Shown here in pieces: positions 37,555-49,776 of a DNA stretch of 64,000 nt. The notes below the pieces were generated by a model that ran no database searches, was not told where the DNA came from, and saw nothing but the letters and a program-made list of their open reading frames with translations. The DNA is from Amphiscolops sp. MND2022 (taxonomy: Eukaryota). The DNA is taken from the NCBI GenBank assembly GCA_964187785.1, contig OZ076409.1, positions 41,046,001-41,110,000 of the forward strand, given 5' to 3'. Made by a program: the position numbers and the translations under genes. Numbering within the stretch: the stretch's first letter is position 1; every line of letters begins with the position of its first letter.

Positions 37555-38710
37555 TAAGAATTCGAGGTTGAATAATTTATTGGTGATCTAAGTTTTACAA
37601 TCTATAAGAGCAAAACAAACTGAGTGAGAGTATCATAAAGAAAAATGTGTCCACCTCTCGGAACAGGTAGGTATATATACTTCCGAGAGAATGGAATTTA
37701 CATATTTTGATATAATACCCGCAATTTACAAATTCCTTAAGTCACGAGGTTAAGGCACAACACTGGTTAAAATGAGGCGGTTAGCACCTTATCAAAGAAC
37801 TCTAGGAATTCATACTTGTTAGGGTCACGAAGTTATATCCTTCCATTCGGAAACATCAACAATATTACTACATATCATCATAGTTGAGTGGCATCGGCAA
37901 CAAACATCAAACAAATAATCATAACGCAACTATCTAAAGAATGTCCATCACGGAATGCTGCCACGTGCCTGCGAATGTCGGCCGTTGCAACAAACGAGTA
38001 GCTTTAGCGTAAATCACGAAACAAAACACAACATGTCCTAAATCGGCCATTGGACTTTAATTCATTCAGAGCGAATAGCATAGTTAGTCCAAAAGACTGG
38101 TACTAAGAATTGGGCTGGTATGGGGGTACTAATTATTTCAAACAGCGTAAAGGCACTAATTATTAACTTCAGGTGTAAATAGAAAGCTTACATGACTATT
38201 GAGCACTACAACATTATTAATACAATAAGCTACAACAACGATTAAAGAAATAGCCTAATCCGGCCATCTGCCTAGTATTCCAACTAATTTAATGCACCAT
38301 TAGGACAAACGGCCATATCCGGCCAATTTATTAAAGCAGTATAGCATCATGAAATACTTGAATATGATTGGTTGGTACATTAAGCTCAAGTGACGCTCTC
38401 GGACTGAAAGCTACGTACACTCGAACTCGTTTCCTTTAAGCCGTTTAGTAGCTTGCGTTGAACTACAATTTATACTGAGCATCGTTATTTTACAATTTGC
38501 AACTTCACTTGTCTAATGTATTATTAGCAGACTAATACGCATTGTATCATAATAAAAATGTAATTGATCTAGGCAAACATAAATATTGGGAGTGAGTTTT
38601 TAGAGTTTAGCGTAAACCTGTTCAAAATGTTGGTAGGGTTCCGGGAATTATCTCTTGACTGGCTGCTGAAGTCGTTATTAAAGTGCCATCACAGGCGGCA
38701 GCCTGCGACA
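36969..38710 (-). repeat. 5' LTR of the Gypsy element
   Basis: 1742-bp direct repeat of 22645-24386, adjacent to the PBS. Confidence 0.97.
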
Positions 38711-39009
38711 GGCAGTGTGAATAATTACTACTGAACAATACTGTTTGCATCAAATTGACTGTGTCGAGATTTAAAATACTTCTCTGAGAGCGCTTAATTT
38801 CGTAAAACTTCACTTGAAAACTTAACAATGGCTTTTATTAGAATATTGATAAATTAGTATTTTAATAATTATATAAGTTCCAATATAGTAATGCTGAAAT
38901 GGTATACACATTACCTTGCTTTATAAACTAATGAATTACACGATCAGTTAATTAATCAAGAGATTTTTAAATTGTCACGATTTTCAATGTCTGTCTTCAT
39001 CTGGAATAG

Positions 39010-39212
39010 GGATCCAACGGACCCCCCGTAAACTTATCTCATCGAGTTCTCAGAGGTTGTCAGGCAGTCAGCAGAGTGTGGCCTTCAATGTCACGACCCC
39101 TAGACTTGCGACCAAATGGAGGAAACACGCGGGGTCCACGCGCGAAAGACGACTTCCCCGTCAAAATACCTCTCACAATTCGCCCTTCTTGATGGCAGAC
39201 GACCCCCCGCAG
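39010..39212 (+). CDS. Candidate host-gene exon
   Basis: GC-richer island with aatAG acceptor. Phase 1 start matches the exon ending at 18164. IQRTPRKLISSSSQRLSG...MADDPPQ; ends CAG|gcacgg (GC donor, phase 0). Confidence 0.45.
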
Positions 39213-40073
39213 GCACGGATGCTCAGATAACAATTTAATCAGACATGAGAGAATAGAAAATGAATTGAACGAGTCATTGCCTTTTTTAAGCGGCGTTCTG
39301 TTCTCAGAAAAGTGGTTTGATAACTAGTGACTTGCTTGGTTTAGGAGAACTGTAATACTTACAAGCATTTAGCGACACGTTTAATTTTGATGCATTCTTT
39401 GAAAGATTCTTGCAAAGAAAGCATGTTTTCTAAATCAGTAATTTTCTATTTTAAATTATTTTTAGGCCCAAAGATTTTCTCAGAAAATTGAATTTTCCAA
39501 AAGGGTCCCTCTATGCTTTTTTTGAAATTTTTGGTTAGAAAAAGCGTTTTCGAGCCCAAAGGATCCGTCTTTGGGTTTTTCGGTACTGTGGAATTGGGAA
39601 TTTATTCAAAAGAAAATCCTTGACGCTTTGAAGTATTTTGCTCTTTTTGAGTTTTATACGGGACGCCAACTCATGCAGTTCCCAGTTTGTTATGTACTGC
39701 GCGCCCGAAAATTGCCTTTTGGTAAGTTTTCACTTCAACTCGAATTATAAAACTAAATGAGACCTAAACATTCCATTAAAGTTTTCGTCATTGGGAGACC
39801 TTTTTCAGAAACTCAAGAAATCATTAAAATCTTTCAAAATAAAGTCTTCCGTTTTCTTCTCCCAGAAAGCACTCATTCACTTGCAACCCAAACGTTTCGG
39901 CTACAAATATATGACTTGAAAGCTATCGAATTAAAGCAGCATCTTTTGCACAAAAAACATTAATTTTTTTCAAATTTTAAATCATGTTCAAAACACCATA
40001 ACAAAAATCTGAAATATCTGATGAAAGGAATATAATTATAAGTTTAGTGTTATTTGAGCATCCATGTGAACAG

Positions 40074-40193
40074 GCGCACTTCAATGACTTCAGCGAGATG
40101 GTAGATTACGTAGTTAGCTGCAGCAGTTCTTTGAGAAGAGACAGCAGCAGATCCCAGGCATCTGTGGCTTCTGCCTGCACTGCCGCCAAATAA
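40074..40193 (+). CDS. Candidate terminal exon of the host gene
   Basis: aacAG acceptor, phase 0; AHFNDFSEMVDYVVSCSSSLRRDSSRSQASVASACTAAK-stop; AATAAA near 40356. Confidence 0.45.
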   Translation, partial: AHFNDFSEMVDYVVSCSSSLRRDSSRSQASVASACTAAK

Positions 40194-40730
40194 TCCGCAA
40201 CTTTTCCCAATTCTTTTGTGTCCCAAATTTACCCCATTTTCTTTTTTCTCCTTCAGTAGCAAAATGATGATAAAACTAAAAAAACACTCCTTCTTTTTAG
40301 TGATGTAGCAATATTGGATGCGCTATTGTAAAATGATCGCTCACCTACTGAGATGAATAAATAAAGTCACATGGTGGGACACAAAAGGGACACTTTCAAA
40401 CTTTTATGGCTTATAATTGGTTCATGGCTTTTTCATGAGTCGTAATTTTCCTGACGATTAGAAATTACCTGCGTATGTTCTCCTGAACAAAATTGTGAAA
40501 AACAGCTACTTCGGACTTGTTTTGCCCAATTTAATTTCTCCTCAAGCAAATCCAGATGTTGATAATTCGTTTGAAAATGAACATGTTAAACCTTCTGACA
40601 GAATGCAATATTGGAAAACTTCAGAAAGAAAAACACTTATAATTTCAGGGATATCAAACGGTTTTTTCTAAAGAGCTGCAAATTGGAGAAACAATAGTGA
40701 ATACTTATTTCCAAAATTGCGATGCTCACG

Positions 40731-41713
40731 CAGTGTTTACACTCTTGGATTACTTGCCAAGATCTTGGATTTTCCTACAAAATCCTGCTACCTCTTGAAT
40801 TTCTTGAAAAGATCTTGGAAAGTTTTACTTCTGTCAAAAATCTTGAAAAAATTCTTGACACGAAATTGCCAAGGTTTTTATCAAGAAATCCGGGAGGTGA
40901 AAATTTCGAACAATTCAAAATTTAGTAATAACACTAAATTTTGAATTGTTCAAAATTAGGTCTCGAGAAACACTTAATTTTGAACTGTCCGAAATTAGGT
41001 CGCGAGTAACGAGTAGGTCTCGTATTTTGGGCCGTGTTATGGGAATTTGTTTTAAAAAATACCCTTTTATCAGCAATTTTACAGCCAATTTCAATGGGCA
41101 ATTGTCTGCAATTACTATTTCTGCAACTTTTCAATCATATATGATCATATTTGGTTCTGAAATTTGTAATTTTCAGCTCCTAAATCCTTTCTAATTGGAT
41201 ATTGTTTTCAGTTGTTAGATCAAAATTTTGCTTGATTCAGATCAAAATTTGAAATTGTTAAAGAAGAATTCAATGATTTTCCAACTTCATCTGCCTTTTT
41301 TAGATCTTTAATGATCGATTTTTGGTCTGAAAAATTCTGAAACGATCCAAATAGTTTTCGGATTGTAATTCCAAAATATTTGGATCTGATTTTCGATCCC
41401 ATCAGATAATGAATTTGTTCAACTAGGATCTGAATTTGCAATTGTTAGAGCAGAATTGAATGATTTTCCAAGAGTTCTAGGACATTGCGCCCAATAATTT
41501 GAAAGTCTTGAGGCCTCTTGCATTTTCTTGCTTATTCTTGGTTTCTTCATGAAACTCTTAATAAGAATCTTGGCATTTCTCGAATTTCCTGGCACGATCT
41601 TGCAATATCTTGCAAACTCGTGAGTTTTTTGGTGACAAACTTGGAAAGATCCTTACCAAGAAATCCGAGAATATCCAAGATTTTTATCGAGAGTTTCATG
41701 AGTTTTTACACTG
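40731..41713. mobile_element. Non-autonomous TIR element (CAGTGT...ACACTG) with CAAGATCTTG-type subterminal repeats
   Basis: CAGTGTTTACACTCTTG at 40731 versus GAGTTTTTACACTG ending at 41713. Similar single ends occur near 45890 and 46288. Confidence 0.55.
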
Positions 41714-42199
41714 CGCATGACAGATTTTGCGCACATACTCAGGTTTCAAAATAATGGAAACAAAATCTTGTCTTTTGACTGACGGATAACAGCAATTTCT
41801 TGAGAGGGGCTAAGCAGTCGAATCGAAGTGAATCCCCTTTTTTTAAAAAATACTTTGGATAAGGAATAAGTGAAGAAAATATTCCCTTTTTGGGATTTCG
41901 GGAATTTTTATTTAGCTTTGGTTCTTTCGTTTTTTTGGTGATAAGACTAGAGGCTAAGCCTCATATTTTTGCTTAGGTTCATGTTTTTAGTTGGCGCTTT
42001 TCTAGTAAGAAGTGCCCGACTATTACAGTGGCTAGTTTTTTTCTTTTTTTTTCGTCAGACCAAATAGCTCACCCTGTATGTACCACTTTTTGTGCATTAT
42101 GCAATGTACCAAAAGTACTCAGTTCTTGATTTTGAACGCATCCAAAAGCCTCTAACTTGGAATACAAAACCCAGAAGTGTCTTTTATTCCAATTTTTGG

Positions 42200-43860
42200 T
42201 ACTATGAGACTGTCCCGCCCCTTTTTTCGACTTTGTGAGACTTTTCGAAATTTATTAATGTCTCCAAAGGGCCCCCTTCAATTTCTTTTGATATTTTGCA
42301 ACTGGATGGATGTTGAAAAAACCCCAAGGGCCCCCTTTTCCATTTTTCGGCACTAGAAGTCTATGTTGAATATTCTCATTTTTCGCTTTTTTTCGAATTT
42401 TTTGTAAATTTCTCCAAAGGGTCCCTCCTTCATTTTTTTTGATATTTTGCAACAAACAAAAAACCATTCCAAAGCAGAAAGGCCCCCTTTCCATTATTTT
42501 GGCAATTTGAGACTTTCCACGCCCCCTTTTTCGGCTTTGTGAGACTTTTTCGAATTTTTTAAATGTCTCTTAAGGGCCCCTACTTCAGTTGTTTTGATAT
42601 TTAGAACTAAATGAATGTTGAAAAAGCCCAAAGAGTCCCCTCTTTTACATTTTTCGGCACTGAGACTGTTCCAAATGCTGATTTTTTGTTTTTTTTGCGA
42701 AAATTTTAAATGTCTCCAAAGGGTTCCGTCATAATTTTTAAAAATATTTTGCAACAAGCTGGATTTTCAAAAATCCGAAAGGGTCCCCTTTACAATTTTA
42801 AAAGTTTTCGCGCTTTTTGAGCCTTAGATGTAGCGCCGACTTCTTGTTCACGTCTTGTTTCCCGTCTTGTTTCCCATCGTGTTTCCGTATTGTTTCTTTT
42901 TTTCCGTCAGACCACTGAGCTCACCCTGTATGTACCACTTTTTGGTAGAGAGATTAATCGGCTTAGGGAAATCCCAGCGTTCGCGGGTTCGAGAACCTGC
43001 TTCAGTCAGAACATTTTCTGTGCATTTGCAAAACCGGACGAGACTAAAGGGTCCTATTTCAAATCTTTTCGACTATTTTTCGAAAAATTTTCTTTATCTC
43101 CAAAGGGTTCCCCTTTAATTTTCTTGATACTTTTCAGCAAACATGATTTTCGAAAATCCCAAATGATGATGCCAAATCCCAAATCTAAAATGCCTGTTAC
43201 AATTTTCGGCATTTTTAGATTTTTTGAAAAGATTATTTTTGTATTAAACCTCTGACTGGACCAGCAAAATTTTGTTGTTTTTTTAAGACCGGTTTTTTCC
43301 GTACTATGCAACTTTTTTCTAATTTGTTTTTATCGAAGCCCAGTGATAGCAAAGTAATCGAGACGGTGAATAATTGGATTTTTTTGAGTTTCTGTTGAAA
43401 TAGTGGAAGCTGCATTGTAATCCTAGAAAACTTTTTCAAGCAGGTTATCGGAATTTTCTATGTATGGTGAAAAATTACCTTGCATACATGAAAGTAGCAT
43501 GAAAAACTTCCGAACAGATTTATTTCGGGCTTGCACTTTTTCCAGCAAGATATTTTGGAAATATTTACTAGAAAGTTTTACAAGAAACGAAATTTTTTGC
43601 GTGCATAGAGGACTCCTTAGGGTTTTCGGCTATATGTGACTTTTTTCGAATGAAAAAATTCAGATTTCTTTGAATCCACCCAATTCGGGGTAAAAGTAGT
43701 TTCCGAGTCTTTGCGTATCCAGTTGGACATTTTTTAACTAAGTAAAAATGATGAAAAATTGAACTATAGTGTCCTGTGTCCTTTTGCATATTCGAAAAGC
43801 TTTACCCTTTTTTGAATCTTGACCGGTGCGCCGACTTGGGCCGCTCCCGGCTTTTTCTAA
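42200..43860. repeat. Patchwork of a dispersed AT-rich repeat family ending in GCGCCGACTTGGGCCGxTCCCGGCTT
   Basis: Recurrent AAAGGGxCCC and TTTTTCGGCACT units. The same terminal motif appears near 1635-1665, 16470-16505, 17570-17600, 39660-39690 and 43830-43855. Confidence 0.6.
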
Positions 43861-44509
43861 ACTACAGACTCAGTGAATGAAGTAGCCAGGCGAACAAAAA
43901 GAAGAAGGTGCCACATAGTTAGCAAAGCAAAAAGAGAGACCAGTGGAATCAAGAGGAAATGAGACTGAGCCATTCAATCAGTGCTGGATCAGTCAGAGCA
44001 AGTAGTAGCAAGTTCCGTTGAACTCTACGAGAACCAATTTTATTATACCACGCCATTCACCAGGTTCTGGTGCACATCATCAACCCCATTTGAATGTGTT
44101 TATAGAAGCTGAGTGTTAAATCTTCGAAAGATAAAACACTGGTCTCGATATACCTGGTGTATATCGAGTCCAGCATTTTATTTTTCGAAGGTTTAACACT
44201 CAGCTTCTATAAACACACTCAAATGGGGTTAATGATGTGCACCAGAACCTGGTGAATGGCGTGGTATAATAAAATCAGTTCTCGTAGAGTTCAACAGAAC
44301 TTGCTAATACTTGCTCTGATTGATCCAGCACTGATTGAATGGCTCAGTCTCATTTCCTCTTGATTCCACTGGTCTCTCTTTTTGCTTTGCTAACTATGTC
44401 GCACATTCTTCTTTTTGTTCGCCTGGCTACTTCATTCACTGAGGCTGTAGTTTAGAAGAAGCCGGGAGCGGCCCAAGTCGGCGCCCCTGTCAAGTTTCAA
44501 AAGAGGGTA
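43803..44509. repeat. About 700-bp foldback inverted repeat (350-bp arms, ~5-nt loop, scattered mismatches)
   Basis: Centre CTCGATATAC-ctggt-GTATATCGAG near 44156; arms pair out to TACCC/GGGTA. Confidence 0.95.
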
Positions 44510-44663
44510 TACCCAAACGAACAAAACCATTGAAAAAACCGGGAGTGATATTTATAACAACCGAATATGCTTCAGCCGTGACTAAAATTACAAAGGGATG
44601 ATTGGCAGCCTTTACAATACAACATAGAGTAATCGTCCTGCTATCGCACTAGTAACTGGTTAG

Positions 44664-44771
44664 CTAAGCAGTTTCTGTGAAAACCATTAGGAAAACCATA
44701 TCATGATTTTATAGGACGTCCTATAAAATCATGATATGGTTTTCCTAATGGTTTTCACAGAAACTGCTTAG
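44664..44771. repeat. 108-bp perfect palindrome
   Basis: Centre GGAC|GTCC at 44717/44718; 54-bp arms. Confidence 0.95.
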
Positions 44772-44787
44772 TTCTGCTTAGTTTCAC

Positions 44788-44930
44788 AAAAACTTCGCCA
44801 AATTTAGCATGCATCTAGTAGGCAGCTTGATAAAATTCTCGAGGAAATTTTCATGCATCAAAACTTCAATGTTTCAATTCATATTTATCAAGCTGCCTAC
44901 TAGATGCATGCTAAATTTGGCGAAGTTTTT
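44788..44930. repeat. Inverted repeat with ~47-bp perfect arms and ~49-nt spacer
   Basis: AAAAACTTCGCCAAATTTAGCATGCATCTAGTAGGCAGCTTGATAAA and its reverse complement. Confidence 0.9.
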
Positions 44931-45579
44931 CCAGTTTCATTAGAGTAACAGTTTTATTTCTAAAAGCAGCTGCGACTTCATCAACTTTACTGCCATTTAA
45001 ATGCAAATAAATTTGAGTCACAATGTATGTTTCGAAATAGCGTCGTGTTCAACGAGCAATGTGATAACAAAGTGATCGAGACGGTGAATACTTGGATTTT
45101 TTTAGTTTTTGGAAACAAGATATTTTTAGTTTTCCAACAAGATATTTTGGAAATATTTACAGTTTTTATTGAAATATTGGAAGATTTTTCAATGTTTTGT
45201 GAAATAGTAACTTTGCATTCATAGAAGCGGCATGAAAAATGTCCCAGGAGATTCAATTTGTGTAAAAACTATTGTACAGTAAGACGAAGGCATTTGGAAG
45301 CTAATTTGGCTAGCCAATCGAGTTTACTGAAAATAAAACTGGCCTTTATTTGCGATCCTTTGACTATAAGGCAGTGTGTGCTAAAGTAGTAAGATGCAAC
45401 CAAACTGAGTCTAAATAAATGCTTGTACTGTTGCTGTTCAAAAGTTGGCGTATTTACGCTTTTTGCTTGATTTAAGTGTTTTTGTTACTCAAAATTTTTA
45501 AGTTGCTAGTTGATAACCACGGTTATCTGGCTTTGTGATCGATGATTTGATTAATTTTATAGAATTAATAACACATGGA

Positions 45580-45779
45580 AATGATGAAAAATTGATCAAA
45601 ATAGTAATAAAATCAAGATATTAAATCATGATATAAAATCTTGATGAGGACCATACTCCTCAGGTTTCTGCCGTGGAGCGCTCCACGGCAGAAACCTGAG
45701 GAGTATGGTCCTCATCAAGATTTTATATCATGATTTAATATCTTGATTTTATTACTATTTTGATCAATTTTTCATCATT
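45580..45779. repeat. 200-bp perfect palindrome
   Basis: Centre GGAGC|GCTCC at 45679/45680; 100-bp arms. Confidence 0.95.
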
Positions 45780-45920
45780 CGCTTGAAATTGCAATTCGTG
45801 GATTTCTTGGTAAGAATCTTGGCAAGATTCTTACCAAGAAATTCAGGAATATCCAAGATTCTTATCAAGAGTTGCAAGAGTTTTTACACTGGGTGACCTT
45901 TAATGAGCACCTGAAAAATC

Positions 45921-45972
45921 GCTATCACCAATTGACCTTGAGATATATATCTCAAGGTCAATTGGTGATAGC
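45921..45972. repeat. 52-bp perfect palindrome (imperfect extension to about 45906-45986)
   Basis: Centre GAGATAT|ATATCTC at 45946/45947. Confidence 0.92.
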
Positions 45973-46919
45973 TACTTTTTAGGTGCTGCAACTCGAGACT
46001 GCTGTATAGTCACCCGTGCCGACTTTCAGCTGAATCAAAGACAAAAAATTTATAATGACGCGCGTCGAACAACAGCAAAATACTTTTAAACAAAATTGAT
46101 GTTTGTTTTACAACTTTATTCATTCTCTTGACACTCTTGATAAGACTCTTGCCAAGAATACTATCAAGAAATTCAAGAGGTTTGTGTGAAGCAAGAATAA
46201 ACAAGATCTTATCAAGAGTTTCAAGAGTAAACAGGAATATGTAAGAATATGCAAGATCTTGGCAAGAGTTCCAAGAGTTTTTACACTGGGCAAGGAAAGG
46301 TCAAATAAGAAAGTTACCGTTTTGTATAACTTCAAAAGGGTCCTTTAGGCCTACAAGGCAAGCGTGTTATATCACCATAAGTTGAGCTTTTACAAGGATC
46401 AAATCGATATATCAAAAGTTATTGCAAAAATTGCGAGCTATCGAGTTTTAGTGTTTTTTGAATCGATCGTGCTAACAAAAAAGCCAATATTTCTAAACAG
46501 CATCTGATATTCTTTAAAATCCAGATGACAAGTTTTAAAAAGTGTTTTGGCTAGCTAGCTGAAAACCATCGACACTGAGGGACAATTGGCGGAGCTACCC
46601 AAGAAAAAAAGATATATGTTGTTAGGATTGCAATGCAGGTCCTTGAATAACAGCAGACCAGGCAAATAGAATTTATTAAATCTTGGCATGTCAGATTTAT
46701 CTTTTGCAGTTTTGCCAGTTTTTATTGAAAACAAGACTGGAATGGCATAAGTCGGCTACCCGCTTAGAGCTCGAAACAAACAAAAGTACTTCAAAGCGTC
46801 AAGGACTCTTTTTTCACAAATTCTCAATTTCACAGTACCGAAGAAGAAATCCAAAGAGGGTCATTTTGGCACTAAAAGGGCTTTATTGTATTGATTCACC
46901 TAAATCATCAATGACATTG

Positions 46920-47690
46920 TGTAACGGCAAGCTGTTATCGGTCGCTTAACACGTTAACAGAGGTGGAGGAACCTGCAGGAATGGGTGATTCGCTCGGGAC
47001 AGGCGCCCATCGCCACAGATCCATTTTGCCTCCAGGGGTAATACGTCCCGGGGCCGCGGGTGCTTCGACGAATACTGTCCAACCGGTCCTAGTCTTTGAT
47101 TGCTAATAGTAACGGGCATCTTTCTGGCTCTCTAAAGACCACCGCTTAACTAGCATATAAAAACAATGCCAAGAATAAGGTAAATTTCCAGTTCCAGGGT
47201 GACATATGAATAAGATCTAAAATTGGGGAATAAGATCTAAACTAGCGCTAGCGCTACTGAATACAGCCAAAATCACTGAAAATACATGAAAACAGGCACG
47301 AATATGGCAAACCACACAGCTAAAAAGCTGGGGCGCAGGGGCTCCAAGCACCAAACAAGGATCCTTAGGCGAAAAGACTCATTTTTACGGTTTCCGCTAC
47401 ATAGGGTAGCATAATGCTGAAAATCGATAAAACCGGTGTTAGCACCTCAAAAAGAGTCTATTTTCGGATGTTCTTGCCGTCTCTGGCTTCTGTCATGGCG
47501 GCGCGCCCGTGTTTTTGCTCGTTCTTGCTCTTTGTTGTCGAAGTACCTGCCAATTTCGTGGAAACAGCGAAAAGAGCAATCACATGCTCAGTGCCACGTC
47601 ACACATCGAATTAGAATTTTTGACAAAATTTCTGAACATGTCAAAGTTGCAAAATCGGTTGATATTGCTGTACCAGAGCTTGCCGTTACA
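46920..47690 (-). repeat. 3' LTR of the non-autonomous element
   Basis: About six substitutions versus 53792-54562, counted by eye. Confidence 0.92.
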
Positions 47691-48783
47691 TCACTCCCCG
47701 GGCTTTATGCATGACGTCCCTGTCATGCGGAGAGGCTGGCATTGAATACATCGCCACATCATGAGTGCAATCCACGGGGATCTCAAACTGGTGATGTTGC
47801 AATGGTCCAGTGGCACTGTCATCTTTTGCTGATTGGGCAACCGTGAGGTCTTGCTTCTTGCCATCCAGAGAACCTGCATCGTCCAGAAACTGTTGAAACA
47901 GAGCTAGCTCGAGAGCTAGAAAACCAGTACTCAAAAATGCACCTTGAAATTGATCAAATCCAAGATTCCATACTTCAATCAAAAAAGCACCATTTTTTAG
48001 CACGAGTTTTCTGCAAAAGACTGAATAGGTTACTGCTAGCACTTTGGTTTTTGGACGTCTAAAAATTCTTTTACGGAGCGCTCACGCTCCAAAGCGCACG
48101 TGGTTCTCAGCAAAACATCTTTTCCACGGCAATAAAATTTCAGTTTGCAGCAGTCAAAAGTTCTTTTCGCTAAAACTTCTTTTCAGTAGAAAAACCACTG
48201 TTTAAAAGGAAGACAAGCTGTTTCTTTGACACTTTTTGTTCACAGTTAAGCTTGGTTTGGGCAACACGCACTGAAGTGCAGCTCCATACCTGTGTAGAGT
48301 TCTGTAGCATCTGTCAAGGAGCGCATCAGAAGCAAACTACGAACTGCTCGTAAGAGTAAGCACTGGAGTAAAGTAGACAAAAGTAGATCAAATCTTGCCA
48401 TTTGCAGATCAGGAGCGCGCGCGCTTCTTATTTTTCCGGATATCACGTTCGAATCTGGAGGAAACTTCTGGAAATCTTGAAAAAAAACAAAAATAGCACT
48501 TTTCGGGCGTAGCAATACATGTAGAGTTTTTGGGTTATTTATTGAATTAACAGAAGTATTTGAATTCAAACATCTCAAATAAAACTAAAACAAAATGTCG
48601 CGACGTACGTTCACATGACTACTAAAATTACGAAACAAAGTTGCAGAAAAAACTGCTCCAACAAGAACATCAAGGTATCCATTACCAAACGTAGTGATAT
48701 CCTCCGGGCGTTATCCAATTGAGTTGATGAGTGCAGGGGTGTTTGTCTTCAACTGAGGCTCCCCGGTCGTTGAGCACCCTCTT

Positions 48784-49776
48784 TCACATGAGGATAGTGA
48801 GGAATGGACGAAATTGAATGCCTGACATAAAAATGCAGCAGGAAAAATTAAGCGTTGACGACACCTCCTCCCCCTTTGAAAAGAAGTGGAGTGTGGTTTG
48901 GACTGGATAGACATCACCATCCAATAGCAGCAGGACGTGCAACAAGCATGAAGCATCAGGAAATCCGATAAAGAAAACTGTGGAGACTGGGTCTGTCTCA
49001 AGACTGGAATAGTTGTTCGGAGGACGGCCACGCCTATGTCCCTTCGGTCGAAGCGACCATGCTAGAACTTGGCGTGGTGGACGGCCACGGCGACGTCCAT
49101 CGTAAAGGGACAACAGAACTTTTTTCCATGAGTGCTCACAGTCTGTGCGGGGTGGTCGACCACGTCTATGACCAGTTGGTCGAGTTTTAGCTGAACCACC
49201 AGGCAACCAATTGATAAAGACTGGCGGGTCCACCTGAATAAAATCCTGTAGCCCACGTTTAGCAGAATGTGGCTCAAAGGAGTCTTTCCGCAAATTCGGT
49301 AGCAACTTCGTAGTTGATATTAGGGACTTTGTTCCAGGGAAGTGAGAGTTGCTTACAGAATCTTGCGATAAGGAAGTGGAGGGTGAGATTGATATTCGTT
49401 CATTCTTCGTATCACTTGAGTGGAGGTTGCGCTCGCGCAACCCATTATCATCGGCGTGATATTCAGCCAAAGTCTCAGCAATACACAAAGCAATCCATAT
49501 GGTTGTGGTGTGCAAAGATATTGGGTCCACCCCCATGTCTTTTGTTGGCGGTGTCAATGGTTCTGATTCGACGGCGTCTGAAATATTGATCTGCATTTGT
49601 GCTAGCGCTCGAGCTAGCGCTCGCGCTAGCAGTTTCTCCCTGCAAAGCGTGCTTTGTTCCAAAAAGTCTGATATCTCATCCATCCAGAGTCCCGTAGTCG
49701 AGAGTGCGTCCCAGGCACGCAACACTGCTGACTTGAACTGTTCAGGATCAAATTTCGAAGACCCATAGGAGTCCAT
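48784..49776 (-). CDS. 330-aa ORF with three AT-hook-like motifs
   Basis: GHRRGRPPR, GRRRGRPPR and GHRRGRPPN. It is the only long ORF in the element and has an ATG start. Confidence 0.65.
   Translation of the reverse strand: MDSYGSSKFDPEQFKSAVLRAWDALSTTGLWMDEISDFLEQSTLCREKLLARALARALAQMQINISDAVESEPLTPPTKDMGVDPISLHTTTIWIALCIAETLAEYHADDNGLRERNLHSSDTKNERISISPSTSLSQDSVSNSHFPGTKSLISTTKLLPNLRKDSFEPHSAKRGLQDFIQVDPPVFINWLPGGSAKTRPTGHRRGRPPRTDCEHSWKKVLLSLYDGRRRGRPPRQVLAWSLRPKGHRRGRPPNNYSSLETDPVSTVFFIGFPDASCLLHVLLLLDGDVYPVQTTLHFFSKGEEVSSTLNFSCCIFMSGIQFRPFLTILM

Larger units (their letters stand above)
22645..38710 (-). mobile_element. Full-length Ty3/Gypsy LTR retrotransposon (16,066 bp) with a 3' accessory cassette
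   Basis: Two 1742-bp direct repeats with TGTCG...CGACA termini; TSD GGCAG at 22640-22644 and 38711-38715; domain order gag, PR, RT, RNase H, IN. Confidence 0.97.
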
